Source: an uncultured Candidatus Competibacteraceae bacterium
GTDB taxonomy: Bacteria > Bacteroidota > Bacteroidia > CAIKAF01
Assembly: GCA_964545365.1 (NCBI GenBank)
Contig: CAZJFM010000003.1
Location: 427-64,426, forward strand
Direction: 5' to 3'
DNA: 64,000 nt
This document shows, piece after piece, positions 9,069 to 19,401 of this stretch; the first letter of the stretch is position 1, and every line of letters starts with the position of its first letter. The notes beneath the pieces were generated by a model that ran no database searches, was not told the origin of the DNA, and saw nothing but the letters and a program-made list of their open reading frames with translations. Made by a program: the position numbers and the translations under genes.

Positions 9069-9673
9069 TAGCTTTCCGGTAAAATGAGGGTTTGGTATCT
9101 GGGATGGCTTGCCAGTTCCAGCATTTCTTTGTCGCCCCGGGAGTCGCCGTAGGCATAGATGCGGCTGTATTGGTCTAAAGAGAGCGCTTGTTTTATTCTT
9201 TCCACCTTTTCTTGTCCGTAGCAGTTTTTGCCTTGAAGTTTACCCAGGAAAATACCCTCTTTGTAGGCCAAACGGCTTGAAATGAGTTTTATGTGGAGCT
9301 TTTTGGCGATGGGGTTCATCCAGGCGTCCGGACTTGCGCTCACCAGTAGGGTTTCGTGTTCCAGCGCTTGGTGTTTTTGCAGGAGGGCCTCTGCTTGAGG
9401 GCGCAAGAGTTTGGGTAGACACCGTTCGGCAAACGCTTGGCCGGCCTGTTCAATGGTGCTTTGACTTTTCCCTTTTAGTGCTGCCGAAAGGAGTGCTTCT
9501 TTGGCTTGTTGGTTGGTGGCACGGCCGTATTTCCAGGCGACAATGGTGGGAGATGCCTTAATTAGAGCCTTTGCAAAGCCGGTTGTTCCCAGCATATAGG
9601 TCAAAAATGCCGGAAAGCTATCCTTGCGGGTGAGGGTTCCATCGAAGTCGAACAGCGCCAAGGTCATGCGCAA
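9068..9673 (-). CDS. HAD superfamily hydrolase, subfamily IB (phosphoserine-phosphatase-like)
   Basis: N-terminal HAD motif I: FDFDGTLT. A C-terminal GDSRGD fits motif III. Its start overlaps the 3' end of the upstream polymerase gene by 10 nt. Confidence 0.8.
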   Translation of the reverse strand: MRMTLALFDFDGTLTRKDSFPAFLTYMLGTTGFAKALIKASPTIVAWKYGRATNQQAKEALLSAALKGKSQSTIEQAGQAFAERCLPKLLRPQAEALLQKHQALEHETLLVSASPDAWMNPIAKKLHIKLISSRLAYKEGIFLGKLQGKNCYGQEKVERIKQALSLDQYSRIYAYGDSRGDKEMLELASHPRYQTLILPES

Positions 9674-12639
9674 ATATACCCAGTCTCTTGATGTACACCT
9701 AAAGGCTTAACATTTGTCTGTGAAGATTCAACCATCCAAGACAGACGTTCCATGCGGCTTACTTCTATTTGATAGCAATCAAAGTCCTCGGTGACTTTTC
9801 CGTAGATTCTATAGACCCCATAACCGCGAAATGGGCTGTGGCGCAGTACGGGAGGGAAGTGTACGGTATCTAAAAAGTCTCCGGACCTATCCAAAAAGGT
9901 GCCAAAATACATGTGCTCTCCTTTGATGGTACGGGTGCGTTTTACGGTAACCAAATATCCGTCGATGCAAACGTTTTGTCCCAGGTGTTTTGGGAGTTTG
10001 CTGCTTAGCACTTGGCCGTGGCATGGCGCTTCACTCAGCAGAAAGGGGTCGCATAAAGGAAAGCCCAGGAGCTCTATTTGTTGGCGTGCATCGTCCAGGT
10101 GTTCGTAGTGTAGTTGGGGTAAATCCAGCGTCGGAGCTTCGGGGCTGGGAAACAGCGGATGGCTTTTGGCTTTGCCTTTGGCAAAGCGCAGTCGGGCTTC
10201 CCAAAGCAGTTCTTTCCAACCTTTTTTGGTAAATCGTAGTGCGCCAATGCGTATGAGTATCATTAAGGTTTCCAAGGGTACCCTCACGCGTTGGCAAAGG
10301 TCTTCTAAGCTTTGGTAGGCGCCCTGCTTGTGGCGCTCTTGCAGGATTTGTTTTACGACGTCTTCTTCCAGTCCTTTGACATGGACAAAACCCAGCCAAA
10401 TTACGGTTTGGTCTAATCGGCTAAGCCAATGGCTCTGATTGAGGCAAGGGGCTTGTACGGAGGCGCCGCATTTGCGAGCTTCGTGCAGGTAAATTTCGGT
10501 GCGGTAAAATCCTCCGAAGTTGTTGATTACAGCGGTGATAAATTCTAAGGGGTAATGGGCTTTTAAGTACAAACTTTGATAGCTTTCTACGGCATAAGAA
10601 GCGGAGTGGGCTTTGGAAAAGGAGTATCCGGCAAAGCTTTCGATTTGGTCCCATACGGTTTGTGTGACTTGTTCTGCATAGCCTTTTTGGCGGCAGCAGT
10701 CAAAGAATCGGTCTTTGATTTTTTGGAATGCTTCTCGGCTGCGGAATTTTCCGGACATGCCTCTGCGGAGCACATCGGCTTCGGCCAAATCGAGTCCGGC
10801 AAAGTGGTGGGCCACTTTGATTACGTCTTCTTGGTACACCATAATGCCAAAGGTGTCGGCCATGAGTTCGCCCATTTTGGGGTGTAAATGCTGTACTTTT
10901 TTGGGGTCTCTGAAGCGTTCAATATAAGCGCGCATCATGCCGGAGCGTGCTACGCCGGGACGTATGATGGAGCTGGCGGCCACCAGGTCTTTGTACTCGC
11001 TTGCTTTGAGGCGTTTGAGCAGCATGCGCATGGCAGGAGATTCTATGTAGAAACAGCCCATGGTTTGTCCGGCTTGGAGCTGTGCCCTCACTTTTGGGTC
11101 TTTTTTTAGGGTTTCTGTGTCGTGTATGGGCACCTCAATTCCTTTTTGTTCGGCTACCATTTCCATGGCATCGCGGATGTGTCCGAGTCCGCGCTGGCTA
11201 AGGATGTCGAATTTGTACAAGCCAATGTCTTCGGCTTCGAGCATGCTAAACTGCACCATAGGGAAGCCTTTTGGTGGGATTTGCAGGGCCGTATAGTTGT
11301 ACAAAGGGGCTTCGGAAATGAGCACACCGCCGGCATGTATGCTCAAATGCGCGGGCATTCCTTCCATTCTTGCGCTGTAGTGAGCTATAGTGGCTCCAAT
11401 GTTATCTTTTGGAGGGCTATGTTCTAATTTTCGGATTTCTTCGTCGGGTAGGCCAAAGACCTTGCCAAGTTCGCGCAGGGCGCGTTTTTGCTGAAAGGTT
11501 TGGTAGGTGGCGAGCAGGGCAATATGTCCTTCCGGGTATTTTCGAAACAAGTAGCGCAGTACTTCGTCTCTGTCTTTCCAGGAAAAGTCCAAATCAAAAT
11601 CCGGCGGGTTTTTTCGGTGAGGATTGATGAAGCGTTCAAAGTAGAGGTCGAGTTCCATGGGGTCAACATCCGTAATTCCCAAGCAGTAGGCGACCAAGCT
11701 ATTGGCACCGCTTCCCCGGCCTACGTGAAAGAAGCCTCGCTTTTGGGCGTACTGTATTAGGTCCCAATTGATAAGAAAGTATGCGGTAAATCCCAGTTCG
11801 TGAATCATGCGCAGTTCCTTTTCCAGGCGGGCTACGGTAGCTGCGTCCGGGTTCTCGTAGCGCTTGAGCAAGCCCTTATAGCTTTCTTCGTAGAGCAGTC
11901 GGTAGTCTTCTCGTGCGTCTTTGCCGAACAATTTTCGGTTTTTGGGTTTGCCAAAATCAAAGTTTATGGTGCTTTGTTCCAGCAGTTCTTTGGTATTCAA
12001 TATGATTTGCGGGTAGCATCGAAAATGTCGGCACCATTCAAACTCGGCTTGCATGATATCAGAGGCTTGGGCATGTCCTTGGCGCTTGTCGTGGCTCAGC
12101 AATTGGTTGTTGTCAATGGCCCGTAGCAAGCGGTGTAAATGCAGGTCGCCGGAGTCCAGAAAAGTGACGGGCTGAAGTACCACAAGGCGGTGTTGTTGGT
12201 TCCGCCATGGAGAGAGGCTTAGTTGGGCGGCATCTTGCAGTCTTAGGCCAATCCATTCGTTGGGATTTAGTTGCCTTAAGGGCAAGTCTTTGTGAAAGGG
12301 ATAAATGACCGAAACGCCGTCTATGGGAGGGGCCTGGAGTGGGAATGGGGCTCCATGGCAGCGGTTGGCAGACACCAGGCGGTGGATAGAGGCTAGACCT
12401 TCCATATGCTGAGCTATGAGCACATAGCGTTTTTGACCTTGTTGTCTGATGTCTACCCCTACCGAAGCTTCGATTCCATATTGGGGGGCCAAGCGCAAAA
12501 AGTCGGCCATTCCTGAACTGTTGTTGATGTCTGTTAAACACATCCGTCGAATACCCAGGGTTTTGGCGTGCTTGAGTAGGTCTTCCGGGCTGTGGATGCC
12601 ATACTTTAGGCTGAACCAGGAGTGTACGTTTAGTAGCAT
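9664..12639 (-). CDS. dnaE2: DNA polymerase III alpha-subunit family protein, short form (error-prone DnaE2/ImuC-like)
   Basis: N-terminal PHP domain (MLLNVHSWFSLKYGIHSPEDL...). 991 aa, which is shorter than the replicative Bacteroidetes DnaE (~1200+ aa), hence the DnaE2-type call. PolIIIalpha palm/fingers region conserved (FDILSQRGL, GYSFSKAHSASYA). Confidence 0.75.
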   Translation of the reverse strand: MLLNVHSWFSLKYGIHSPEDLLKHAKTLGIRRMCLTDINNSSGMADFLRLAPQYGIEASVGVDIRQQGQKRYVLIAQHMEGLASIHRLVSANRCHGAPFPLQAPPIDGVSVIYPFHKDLPLRQLNPNEWIGLRLQDAAQLSLSPWRNQQHRLVVLQPVTFLDSGDLHLHRLLRAIDNNQLLSHDKRQGHAQASDIMQAEFEWCRHFRCYPQIILNTKELLEQSTINFDFGKPKNRKLFGKDAREDYRLLYEESYKGLLKRYENPDAATVARLEKELRMIHELGFTAYFLINWDLIQYAQKRGFFHVGRGSGANSLVAYCLGITDVDPMELDLYFERFINPHRKNPPDFDLDFSWKDRDEVLRYLFRKYPEGHIALLATYQTFQQKRALRELGKVFGLPDEEIRKLEHSPPKDNIGATIAHYSARMEGMPAHLSIHAGGVLISEAPLYNYTALQIPPKGFPMVQFSMLEAEDIGLYKFDILSQRGLGHIRDAMEMVAEQKGIEVPIHDTETLKKDPKVRAQLQAGQTMGCFYIESPAMRMLLKRLKASEYKDLVAASSIIRPGVARSGMMRAYIERFRDPKKVQHLHPKMGELMADTFGIMVYQEDVIKVAHHFAGLDLAEADVLRRGMSGKFRSREAFQKIKDRFFDCCRQKGYAEQVTQTVWDQIESFAGYSFSKAHSASYAVESYQSLYLKAHYPLEFITAVINNFGGFYRTEIYLHEARKCGASVQAPCLNQSHWLSRLDQTVIWLGFVHVKGLEEDVVKQILQERHKQGAYQSLEDLCQRVRVPLETLMILIRIGALRFTKKGWKELLWEARLRFAKGKAKSHPLFPSPEAPTLDLPQLHYEHLDDARQQIELLGFPLCDPFLLSEAPCHGQVLSSKLPKHLGQNVCIDGYLVTVKRTRTIKGEHMYFGTFLDRSGDFLDTVHFPPVLRHSPFRGYGVYRIYGKVTEDFDCYQIEVSRMERLSWMVESSQTNVKPLGVHQETGYICA

Positions 12640-12764
12640 AATGACAAAAAATACGTCTATTTATAGACAATAAAATAGTCAAAATGCTTTTTTTATCCAA
12701 TTTTGACATGGAAAATGTCAAAATGGGTTGTGTGAATGGGTCGGAATGGGAATAAAAGACCGTT

Positions 12765-12925
12765 GACGCGTTGCTATTCTGGCGGCGATCCTGTCCTGAC
12801 GCTGCGGTCAGGATAATAAACCCTGACAGGAACGTCAGGGTCTGCGTTACGGCCAATTCTCAAGCACTTTGTCCTGACGCTTCGGTCAGGAAATTCTTCT
12901 TGAAAGCACAACGCGTCAACGGTCT
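12765..12925. repeat. intergenic hairpin-repeat cluster (same family as 6955-7745)
   Basis: Contains tcctgacgctgcggtcagga, ccctgacaggaacgtcaggg and tcctgacgcttcggtcagga. Also 'gctattctggcggc' and 'ttgaaagcacaacgcgtcaacggtctc', which resemble motifs in the 7.1-7.6 kb cluster. Confidence 0.8.
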
Positions 12926-13027
12926 CATTTTTGGATTTTGTAAGGAGCTTCTCGGAAAAAACAGAGCCAAGGCTGGGCCTCGGCTCTGTTAAAAGGTGTA
13001 TGGTTTAAGCGGTTGGTTTAACTGCCG

Positions 13028-15460
13028 TCAAGAACCGCAAGCTTCGCACTCGTCCGGATTGTCGAGTGAGCAGTTCAATTGATTGATCATGTCTTGATCG
13101 ATTTCTTCGCTGATATCGGTGAGGTTTGCTACTGCGGGCACAGGCGTTTCGGTTTTTTTGGCGACAGAGGCGTCAACCGTAAACTTTACGGCATCGGCCG
13201 AAGATTTGGAGCGTAGGTAATACATACCGGTTTTGAGTCCGCGTTTCCATGCATGGAAATGCAGGGAGGTCATTTTGGCATAGCTTGGCGACTCCATAAA
13301 TACGTTGAGGGATTGACTTTGGTCGATAAACGCCCCACGGTCGGCGGCCATATCGATGATGTCTTTTTGTTTGATTTCCCAGACGGTTTTATAGAGGTCT
13401 TTTATGTTTTGTGGAATTTCATCGATCTCCTGAATGGAGCCGTTGTAGTGCATGATTTTGTTTTTCATGTCGTTGTTCCACAGCCCGAGTTTTACCAAAT
13501 CGCGTAGCAAGTGTTTGTTAACTACGGGGAATTCACCGGAGAGCACGCGGCGCATATACATGTTTGAGGTGAAAGGTTCAAAGCATTCGTTGTTGCCGAG
13601 TATTTGTGCGGTGGAAGCGGTGGGCATAGGAGCTACCAAAAGGGAGTTTCGCAGGCCGTGGTTTTGAATTTCTTCTTTGAGCACATCCCACTCCCAGCGG
13701 TCGCTTGGGCTTACTCCCCAAAGGTCAAATTGCAGTTTGCCTTCGCTTGCAGGTGAGCCTTGGAAAGATTCGTAAGGTCCTTCTGTTTTGGCCAAATCTT
13801 TGGAGCAGCACAAGGCAGCAAAATAGATGGTTTCAAAAACATCTCTATTGAGTTGTTTTGCTTCTTCCGAATCGAAGGGATGGCGCATCATTACGAAAGT
13901 GTCGGCCAGGCCTTGCACACCTAGACCAATGGGTCGGTGACGAAGGTTGGAATTTCTAGCCTCTTTTACCGGGTAAAAGTTGCGGTCGATGACCCGGTTT
14001 AGGTTTCGGGTAGCCATATAGGTTACCTTAAAGAGGTGATCGAAGTCAAAGCTACCGTCTTCACGCACGAATTTGGGGAGTGCAATAGAAGCTAGGTTGC
14101 AAACGGCCACTTCGTCGGGTGCTGTATATTCAATAATTTCTGTGCAGAGGTTGGAGCTTTGTATAGTGCCCAGGTTTTTCTGGTTGCTTTTGTTGTTTGC
14201 GGCATCCTTAAACAGCATGTAAGGAGTTCCGGTTTCGATTTGGGCTTCAATAACTCTTCCCCAGAGTTCTCTGGCTTTTACTTTGCGACGGAATTTATTT
14301 TCGTCTACATATTGTTGATACAATTGGTTAAAGGCCTCGCTATGGCATTCATTGAGTCCGGGGGCTTCGTTGGGACAGAACAGGTGCCAATCCTCGTCTT
14401 TTTCTACCTTTTCCATAAACAAATCGGGAACCCAAAGAGCCAGGAATAAGTCGCGGGTGCGCAATTCTTCTTGGCCGGTATTTTTCTTAAGGTCTAAAAA
14501 GTCCATGATATCGTCGTGCCAAGGCTCCAGATAAATGGCAAAGGAGCCTTTACGTTTTCCGCCTCCTTGGTCTACGTAGCGGGCCGTGTCGTTAAACACG
14601 CGGAGCATGGGCACAATGCCATTGGAAGTGCCGTTGGTACCTTTGATATAAGACCCTTTAGCGCGGATTTTATGGATAGCCAGGCCAATACCACCTGCAG
14701 ACTGGGAGATTTTTGCAGTCTGCTTAAGGGTATCGTAAATGCCGTCGATGCTGTCTTCGCGCATTTGGAGTAGAAAGCAGCTAGACATTTGCGGTTTGGG
14801 CGTACCGGCATTAAATAGGGTAGGAGTGGCGTGGGTGAACCACCCTTCGGAAAGGGCGTGGTAGGTTTCTATGGCAGCCTCTAAGTCGTTGAGGTGTATG
14901 CCAATGGCTACTCTCATGTAAAGTTGTTGTGGGCGTTCGGCCACTTTCCCTTTCATTCTCAACAAGTAAGACTTTTCGAGCGTTTTAAATCCAAAAAAGT
15001 CAAAATTGTAGTCTCTATCGTAGATAAGGGTAGAGTCCAGCAATTCGGCGTTGGCTTTAACGACTTCCCAAACGTCTTGAGCAATGAGCGAGGCATGTTC
15101 GCCGGTTTTGGGATCTTTATAGTGGTAGAGTGCGTCTATGGTCTTGCTAAACGACTTTTCGGTGTCTTTATGTAGGTTTGATACAGCGATTCTGGAGGCG
15201 AGCAAGGCATAGTCCGGGTGCACAATGGACATGGCAGCGGCTTCTTGGGCGGCCAGGTTGTCGAGTGCCGAGGTAGAAATGCCCGCGTACATACCGTTGA
15301 TGACCTTCATGGCCACTTTTACGGCATCTACATACTGTGTATTTAAGTTATAGCACAGTTTATTGATACGGGCTGTAATCTTATCGAATTTTACTGCTTC
15401 TTTTCTGCCATCTCTTTTGATGACATACATTTCTTTTTCTTCTTGCATTTGGTTCAGCAA
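13028..15460 (-). CDS. nrdA: ribonucleoside-diphosphate reductase, class Ia, alpha subunit with N-terminal ATP-cone
   Basis: ATP-cone start [16 protein letters not shown]. Catalytic region NLCTEI. C-terminal Cys pair CEACGS. 810 aa. Confidence 0.95.
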   Translation of the reverse strand: MLNQMQEEKEMYVIKRDGRKEAVKFDKITARINKLCYNLNTQYVDAVKVAMKVINGMYAGISTSALDNLAAQEAAAMSIVHPDYALLASRIAVSNLHKDTEKSFSKTIDALYHYKDPKTGEHASLIAQDVWEVVKANAELLDSTLIYDRDYNFDFFGFKTLEKSYLLRMKGKVAERPQQLYMRVAIGIHLNDLEAAIETYHALSEGWFTHATPTLFNAGTPKPQMSSCFLLQMREDSIDGIYDTLKQTAKISQSAGGIGLAIHKIRAKGSYIKGTNGTSNGIVPMLRVFNDTARYVDQGGGKRKGSFAIYLEPWHDDIMDFLDLKKNTGQEELRTRDLFLALWVPDLFMEKVEKDEDWHLFCPNEAPGLNECHSEAFNQLYQQYVDENKFRRKVKARELWGRVIEAQIETGTPYMLFKDAANNKSNQKNLGTIQSSNLCTEIIEYTAPDEVAVCNLASIALPKFVREDGSFDFDHLFKVTYMATRNLNRVIDRNFYPVKEARNSNLRHRPIGLGVQGLADTFVMMRHPFDSEEAKQLNRDVFETIYFAALCCSKDLAKTEGPYESFQGSPASEGKLQFDLWGVSPSDRWEWDVLKEEIQNHGLRNSLLVAPMPTASTAQILGNNECFEPFTSNMYMRRVLSGEFPVVNKHLLRDLVKLGLWNNDMKNKIMHYNGSIQEIDEIPQNIKDLYKTVWEIKQKDIIDMAADRGAFIDQSQSLNVFMESPSYAKMTSLHFHAWKRGLKTGMYYLRSKSSADAVKFTVDASVAKKTETPVPAVANLTDISEEIDQDMINQLNCSLDNPDECEACGS

Positions 15461-15491
15461 TTAAATAGGACAAACAATAAGAGGGGAGAAA

Positions 15492-16511
15492 TTAAAAGTC
15501 TTCGTCCAGGCTAAATCCTTCGGAGACATCTGCTTTTTTGTATTCGCTAACTCTTTTTTCAAAGAAATTAGTTTTTCCTTGCAGCGAAATAAAGTCCATA
15601 AAGCTGAAAGGATTTGGAGAGTTATAGATTTTAGAAACGCCCAATACGGACAACCAGTGGTCTGCCACAAATTCGATGTATTGTTTCATTAAATCGGCAT
15701 TCATGCCAATAAGCCGCACGGGAAGGCTTTCGGTAATGAATTCTTTTTCGATTTCTACCGCATCGCGAATGATTTCGTGGATGCGCTCCTCGGGCAGTTT
15801 GTTGACCACATGTTTGGTGTACAGGTGGCACGCAAATTCGCAGTGGAGTCCTTCGTCCCTTGAAATGAACTCGTTGGAGGTGGCCAGACCGGGCATTAAT
15901 CCTTTTTGTTTGAGCCAAAAAATGGCACAAAAGCTGCCCGAAAAGAAAATACCTTCTACGGCTGCAAAGGCGACCAAACGTTCGGTAAAGCGGGGAGAAT
16001 CAATCCAGCGCAGTGCCCATTCGGCTTTCTTTTTAACGCAATCCATGGTTTCTATGGCACGAAACAGGCTTTTCTTTTCGGTAGGGTTGCTTATGTAGGT
16101 ATCTATAAGCAGGGAGTACATTTCTGAATGGATATTTTCCATCATAATTTGGAAGCCATAAAACATTTTGGCTTCGGTGTACTGGACTTCGCGTACAAAG
16201 TTTTCGGCTAGATTTTCATTTACAATACCATCGGAAGCGGCAAAAAAGGCAAGTACATGCTTAATAAAATGCCGCTCGTCGTCGTTGAGGTTTTGCCAAT
16301 CGCCTTTATCTTGGGCCAAGTCAACCTCTTCCGCCCGCCAAAAGGCCGCTTGTTGCTTTTTGTACAATTGCCAAATGTCTGCATGTTCTATGGGGAAAAG
16401 CACAAAGCGGTTGGGGTTTTCAACCAAAATGGGTTCTTCAATTACTTGTTGACCTGCCAATACTTCTTCGGTTGGGTTCTCTTTGGTCGATACGGATGCC
16501 TGCCTTTCCAT
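15492..16511 (-). CDS. nrdB: ribonucleoside-diphosphate reductase beta subunit (di-iron/tyrosyl radical R2)
   Basis: R2 ferritin-like motifs ([22 protein letters not shown]). C-terminal acidic tail ending DEDF. Immediately upstream of nrdA on the same strand. Confidence 0.95.
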   Translation of the reverse strand: MERQASVSTKENPTEEVLAGQQVIEEPILVENPNRFVLFPIEHADIWQLYKKQQAAFWRAEEVDLAQDKGDWQNLNDDERHFIKHVLAFFAASDGIVNENLAENFVREVQYTEAKMFYGFQIMMENIHSEMYSLLIDTYISNPTEKKSLFRAIETMDCVKKKAEWALRWIDSPRFTERLVAFAAVEGIFFSGSFCAIFWLKQKGLMPGLATSNEFISRDEGLHCEFACHLYTKHVVNKLPEERIHEIIRDAVEIEKEFITESLPVRLIGMNADLMKQYIEFVADHWLSVLGVSKIYNSPNPFSFMDFISLQGKTNFFEKRVSEYKKADVSEGFSLDEDF

Positions 16512-16943
16512 AGGATGCTGTTTTTTGATTGTACGTAATTTAAGCCGATTCTTTGCGATTGTTCCTAACCGGGTTCTCCTGAAAGAATCGATGCGATAGC
16601 CCTACAAAAGTTGAATAAAAACTCTTTTTTGCCAACCTATGTCGTCGGCACTTATGCATAGTTATCAACAGGTTGTTAGGCACCCTTTTGTTAAGGCAGG
16701 GTTAACAAAAGGTAAAGCCCTTGTGTTTATTGGTTTTTAAGAAAATTAACAGGCCTCTGTTTAAAGCATAACGCAGGCTTTGCAAATTGCGGCCCACTGT
16801 TTGCTAAATATTTTTAGGTATATTATTGCAGCGGCTGCTTTACCGGTTATTGCGGTCTGTTTACTGTAGTTTTACCTCTGCTTTTTTCGCCCTAAATAGT
16901 GGGTTTTGGGCTCAGAGATTTAAAGGTAGACGTTTAATAAAAA

Positions 16944-17522
16944 TTAAAAATTTTGTTCAAGCCACCAAGCGGCAGCCTCCTCCAGTTTGCCGTACCAGGC
17001 CTCTCCATACTTTCGAATTAAGGCATCTCGACAAAACGCATATATTTTGATTTTTTTCTGTAACCCACAAGCACAAGCCGGGCTGCAAATAAACCAACGG
17101 TTGTAATGCAGGCAATCTCCACTTTCGGTTTTCTGAATTCGGATGGGATACAGGTGGCAACTTACAGGTTTTCTGAAATCGCTCAGGCCGTTTTTCCAAG
17201 CAGCCTCAATTCCACACAAAGTTATTCCGTCTTTGAATATAGCGTAGGCACAATGCCTACCCATAACTAAAGGCGTAACGGCTTCTCCGTCGGTTGGATC
17301 TTCTACCCATGGGCCTTGCTCGCGCAGCGCTTCCTTGCCCGATTGAGGTAAAAGCGGCATTACAGCATCTAAATTCTTTGACAAAAGGGTTTTTTCGGTT
17401 TCTTCTACCGGAGCGCCTGCATCTCCTTCAACGCAGCAAGCGCCTTTGCAGCGCGACAAATCGCAGTGGAAGTGTTCCTCGAAAAGTTCGGGACTTACCA
17501 ATACACCGTCTATATCTATCAT
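16944..17522 (-). CDS. Cys-rich conserved hypothetical protein (DUF3109-like)
   Basis: 192 aa with multiple conserved Cys clusters (CKGACC, CSPACAC). Resembles the Bacteroidetes DUF3109 family as recalled from memory. Divergent from trpS. Confidence 0.5.
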   Translation of the reverse strand: MIDIDGVLVSPELFEEHFHCDLSRCKGACCVEGDAGAPVEETEKTLLSKNLDAVMPLLPQSGKEALREQGPWVEDPTDGEAVTPLVMGRHCAYAIFKDGITLCGIEAAWKNGLSDFRKPVSCHLYPIRIQKTESGDCLHYNRWFICSPACACGLQKKIKIYAFCRDALIRKYGEAWYGKLEEAAAWWLEQNF

Positions 17523-17576
17523 GCCTCAAAGGTACAATCCAAAGCGCGGCTTTGGGATTTTTGCGAAATTTGCAAC

Positions 17577-18560
17577 ATGGCGCGTATTCTTACCGGTATT
17601 CAAAGTACCAATCAACCTCATTTGGGCAATATTTTGGGAGCTATTGAACCCATGGTTCAATTAAGCCAACAGGCAGAACATGAGGCTTTTGCTTTTATTG
17701 CTGATTTGCATTCCCTTACAACGGTAAAAGAAGGCAGCGAACGCAGACACAGGGTCCATCAGGTCGCAGCCACCTGGATTGCCTGTGGTTTTGATTACAC
17801 CAAAAATCGGTTGTATTGCCAATCTGACCTACCGGAGGTTACTGAGCTGACCTGGTACTTGAATTGCTTTGCTCCTTTTCCCATGTTGGCCAATGCCCAC
17901 TCCTTTAAGGACAAATCGGATCGGTTGGCTGATGTTAATGCCGGATTGTTTACCTATCCGGTGCTCATGGCCGCTGACATTTTAGGCTACGATGCGCACC
18001 TGGTGCCTGTAGGAAAAGACCAAAGGCAGCATTTAGAGATGGCCAGAGATTTAGCTGGTGCTTTTAATCACCGCTATGGGGAAGTATTTGTGATGCCGGA
18101 GGCCTTCATTCAGCAAGATGTAGAGGTGATTCCGGGTATTGACGGGCAAAAAATGAGCAAGAGTTACGGCAACTTTATTGATGTGTTTTTGCCAGAAAAG
18201 GCCTTACGGAAAGTAGTGATGTCTATTGCCACCGACAGTACGCCCTTAGAAGAACCCAAGGATGCTGAAAACTGTATTGTGTACCAACTGTTTTCTCGTA
18301 TTGTTTTGGCCGAACAAGCCCTAGGAATGAAGCAAAAGTTAGAGGCGGGGGGCTACGGTTACGGCCATGCCAAGCAAGATTTGTTTGAGGCTATTATGAC
18401 CCGTTTTGCCGAGCCAAGAGCGCGTTATCAGCATCTTTTGCAGCATCCGGAGGAGATAGAGGCCATTTTGGCAGAAGGTGCAGCCCGTACGCGTCCTATC
18501 ATACAACAGGTGTTGGCCAAAGTGAGAGGCAAATTGGGCTTTGGTCCTTTGTCCACCTAA
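17577..18560 (+). CDS. trpS: tryptophan--tRNA ligase
   Basis: Class I aaRS HIGH-region equivalent TGIQSTNQPHLGNILG at the N-terminus, and KMSKS. ~327 aa from Met at 17577. The six-frame ORF extends spuriously upstream to 17466. Confidence 0.92.
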   Translation: MARILTGIQSTNQPHLGNILGAIEPMVQLSQQAEHEAFAFIADLHSLTTVKEGSERRHRVHQVAATWIACGFDYTKNRLYCQSDLPEVTELTWYLNCFAPFPMLANAHSFKDKSDRLADVNAGLFTYPVLMAADILGYDAHLVPVGKDQRQHLEMARDLAGAFNHRYGEVFVMPEAFIQQDVEVIPGIDGQKMSKSYGNFIDVFLPEKALRKVVMSIATDSTPLEEPKDAENCIVYQLFSRIVLAEQALGMKQKLEAGGYGYGHAKQDLFEAIMTRFAEPRARYQHLLQHPEEIEAILAEGAARTRPIIQQVLAKVRGKLGFGPLST

Positions 18561-18619
18561 AAATCAAGGCGTGTAGTTTTTTGATTCTATGGGTTAGGTC
18601 TGCCAATCTATGAGACTGT

Positions 18620-18905
18620 GGATGTGCTGCTGCTCCGGCGGCGCCCCTTTTCTTACGCTGCGGTCAGGAACTACGTCTTAAAAACACAAGGCGTCAATGG
18701 TCTGCTTTGAGTCAGGGACTTCGTCTTGAACTTAGAACGCAACTACCGTCTAAGATTTTTTTCTGGAAGACTGCGCCCCGGGGCAAACGGAAAGCCCGGA
18801 GTTGCAGGCCTTAGTGCCGCTTAGCGGGCGGAGGCGGTCCCAAAGGGGAAAGCCCACGCACCGCTTAGCGGCACTAGGGCTTGCAAGGAGGACTTGGAGG
18901 GCGCA
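18620..18905. repeat. intergenic repeat cluster with hairpin units and a longer palindromic segment
   Basis: Contains cttacgctgcggtcaggaac and gagtcagggacttcgtcttgaa, which shares 'gggacttcgtcttgaa' with 7472-7490. The inverted symmetry gccttagtgccgcttagcgg / ccgcttagcggcactagggc is related to 34795-34900. Confidence 0.75.
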
Positions 18906-18926
18906 CCGGAAAAGGCGCCCAAACCA

Positions 18927-19340
18927 TTATCCCAATTCGTCGTAAACGGCTTTTAGATGATTGGTGAGCATTTCGTCTGTGGCGCTTTCAATTTGGAAGC
19001 GTTCCACAAAATGTACCAGTTTGCCGTCTTTGAACAAGGCAATACTGGGAGACGAGGGAGGGTAAGGCAAGAAATATTCCCTTGCTTTTTCAACGGCGGG
19101 GGCGTCTACTCCGGCAAAAACAGTACTTAAGCTTGTTGGTTTTTTGTCGTTTTGCAGACTGTTGATTACTCCGGGGCGGGCGCCTCGCGCGGCACAGCCA
19201 CATACAGAGTTAACGACTACCAAATGCAAGCCTTTGGTGTTTTCTATGGCTTCGGTTACCGCTTCAGGGGTTTCAAGAGAGTTAAAGCCTTTATTGGTGA
19301 GTTCCTCCCGGCAAGGAACGACAATTTCGTTGGGATACAT
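18927..19340 (-). CDS. bacilliredoxin (BrxA/BrxB, YphP/YqiW family thiol-disulfide oxidoreductase)
   Basis: 137 aa with a CGC redox motif in VNSVCGCAA. Size and motif fit DUF1094/Brx. Confidence 0.7.
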   Translation of the reverse strand: MYPNEIVVPCREELTNKGFNSLETPEAVTEAIENTKGLHLVVVNSVCGCAARGARPGVINSLQNDKKPTSLSTVFAGVDAPAVEKAREYFLPYPPSSPSIALFKDGKLVHFVERFQIESATDEMLTNHLKAVYDELG

Positions 19341-19401
19341 AATATATGATATTTGAACACTTGCAAAGGTATTTCAAGGCATAGCCAAAAGCAAGTTTTT
19401 G

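Noticed and set aside
9899-12126. Numerous 60-120 aa ORFs on both strands inside the dnaE2 gene
   Set aside because: They are antisense or out of frame to a well-supported 991-aa gene. They arise from the GC-rich composition.
12113-12856. 247-aa minus-strand ORF upstream of, and overlapping, dnaE2. I considered it as a possible imuB.
   Set aside because: The translation is low-complexity and Pro/Arg/Ser-rich with no Y-family polymerase motifs. Half of it overlaps the polymerase gene in another frame, and the rest lies in the repeat cluster.
17466-17576. Upstream extension of the trpS ORF (MEVFLEKFGTYQYTVYIYHASK...)
   Set aside because: It overlaps the divergent DUF3109-like gene. The conserved TrpRS N-terminus begins at MARILTGIQ (17577).
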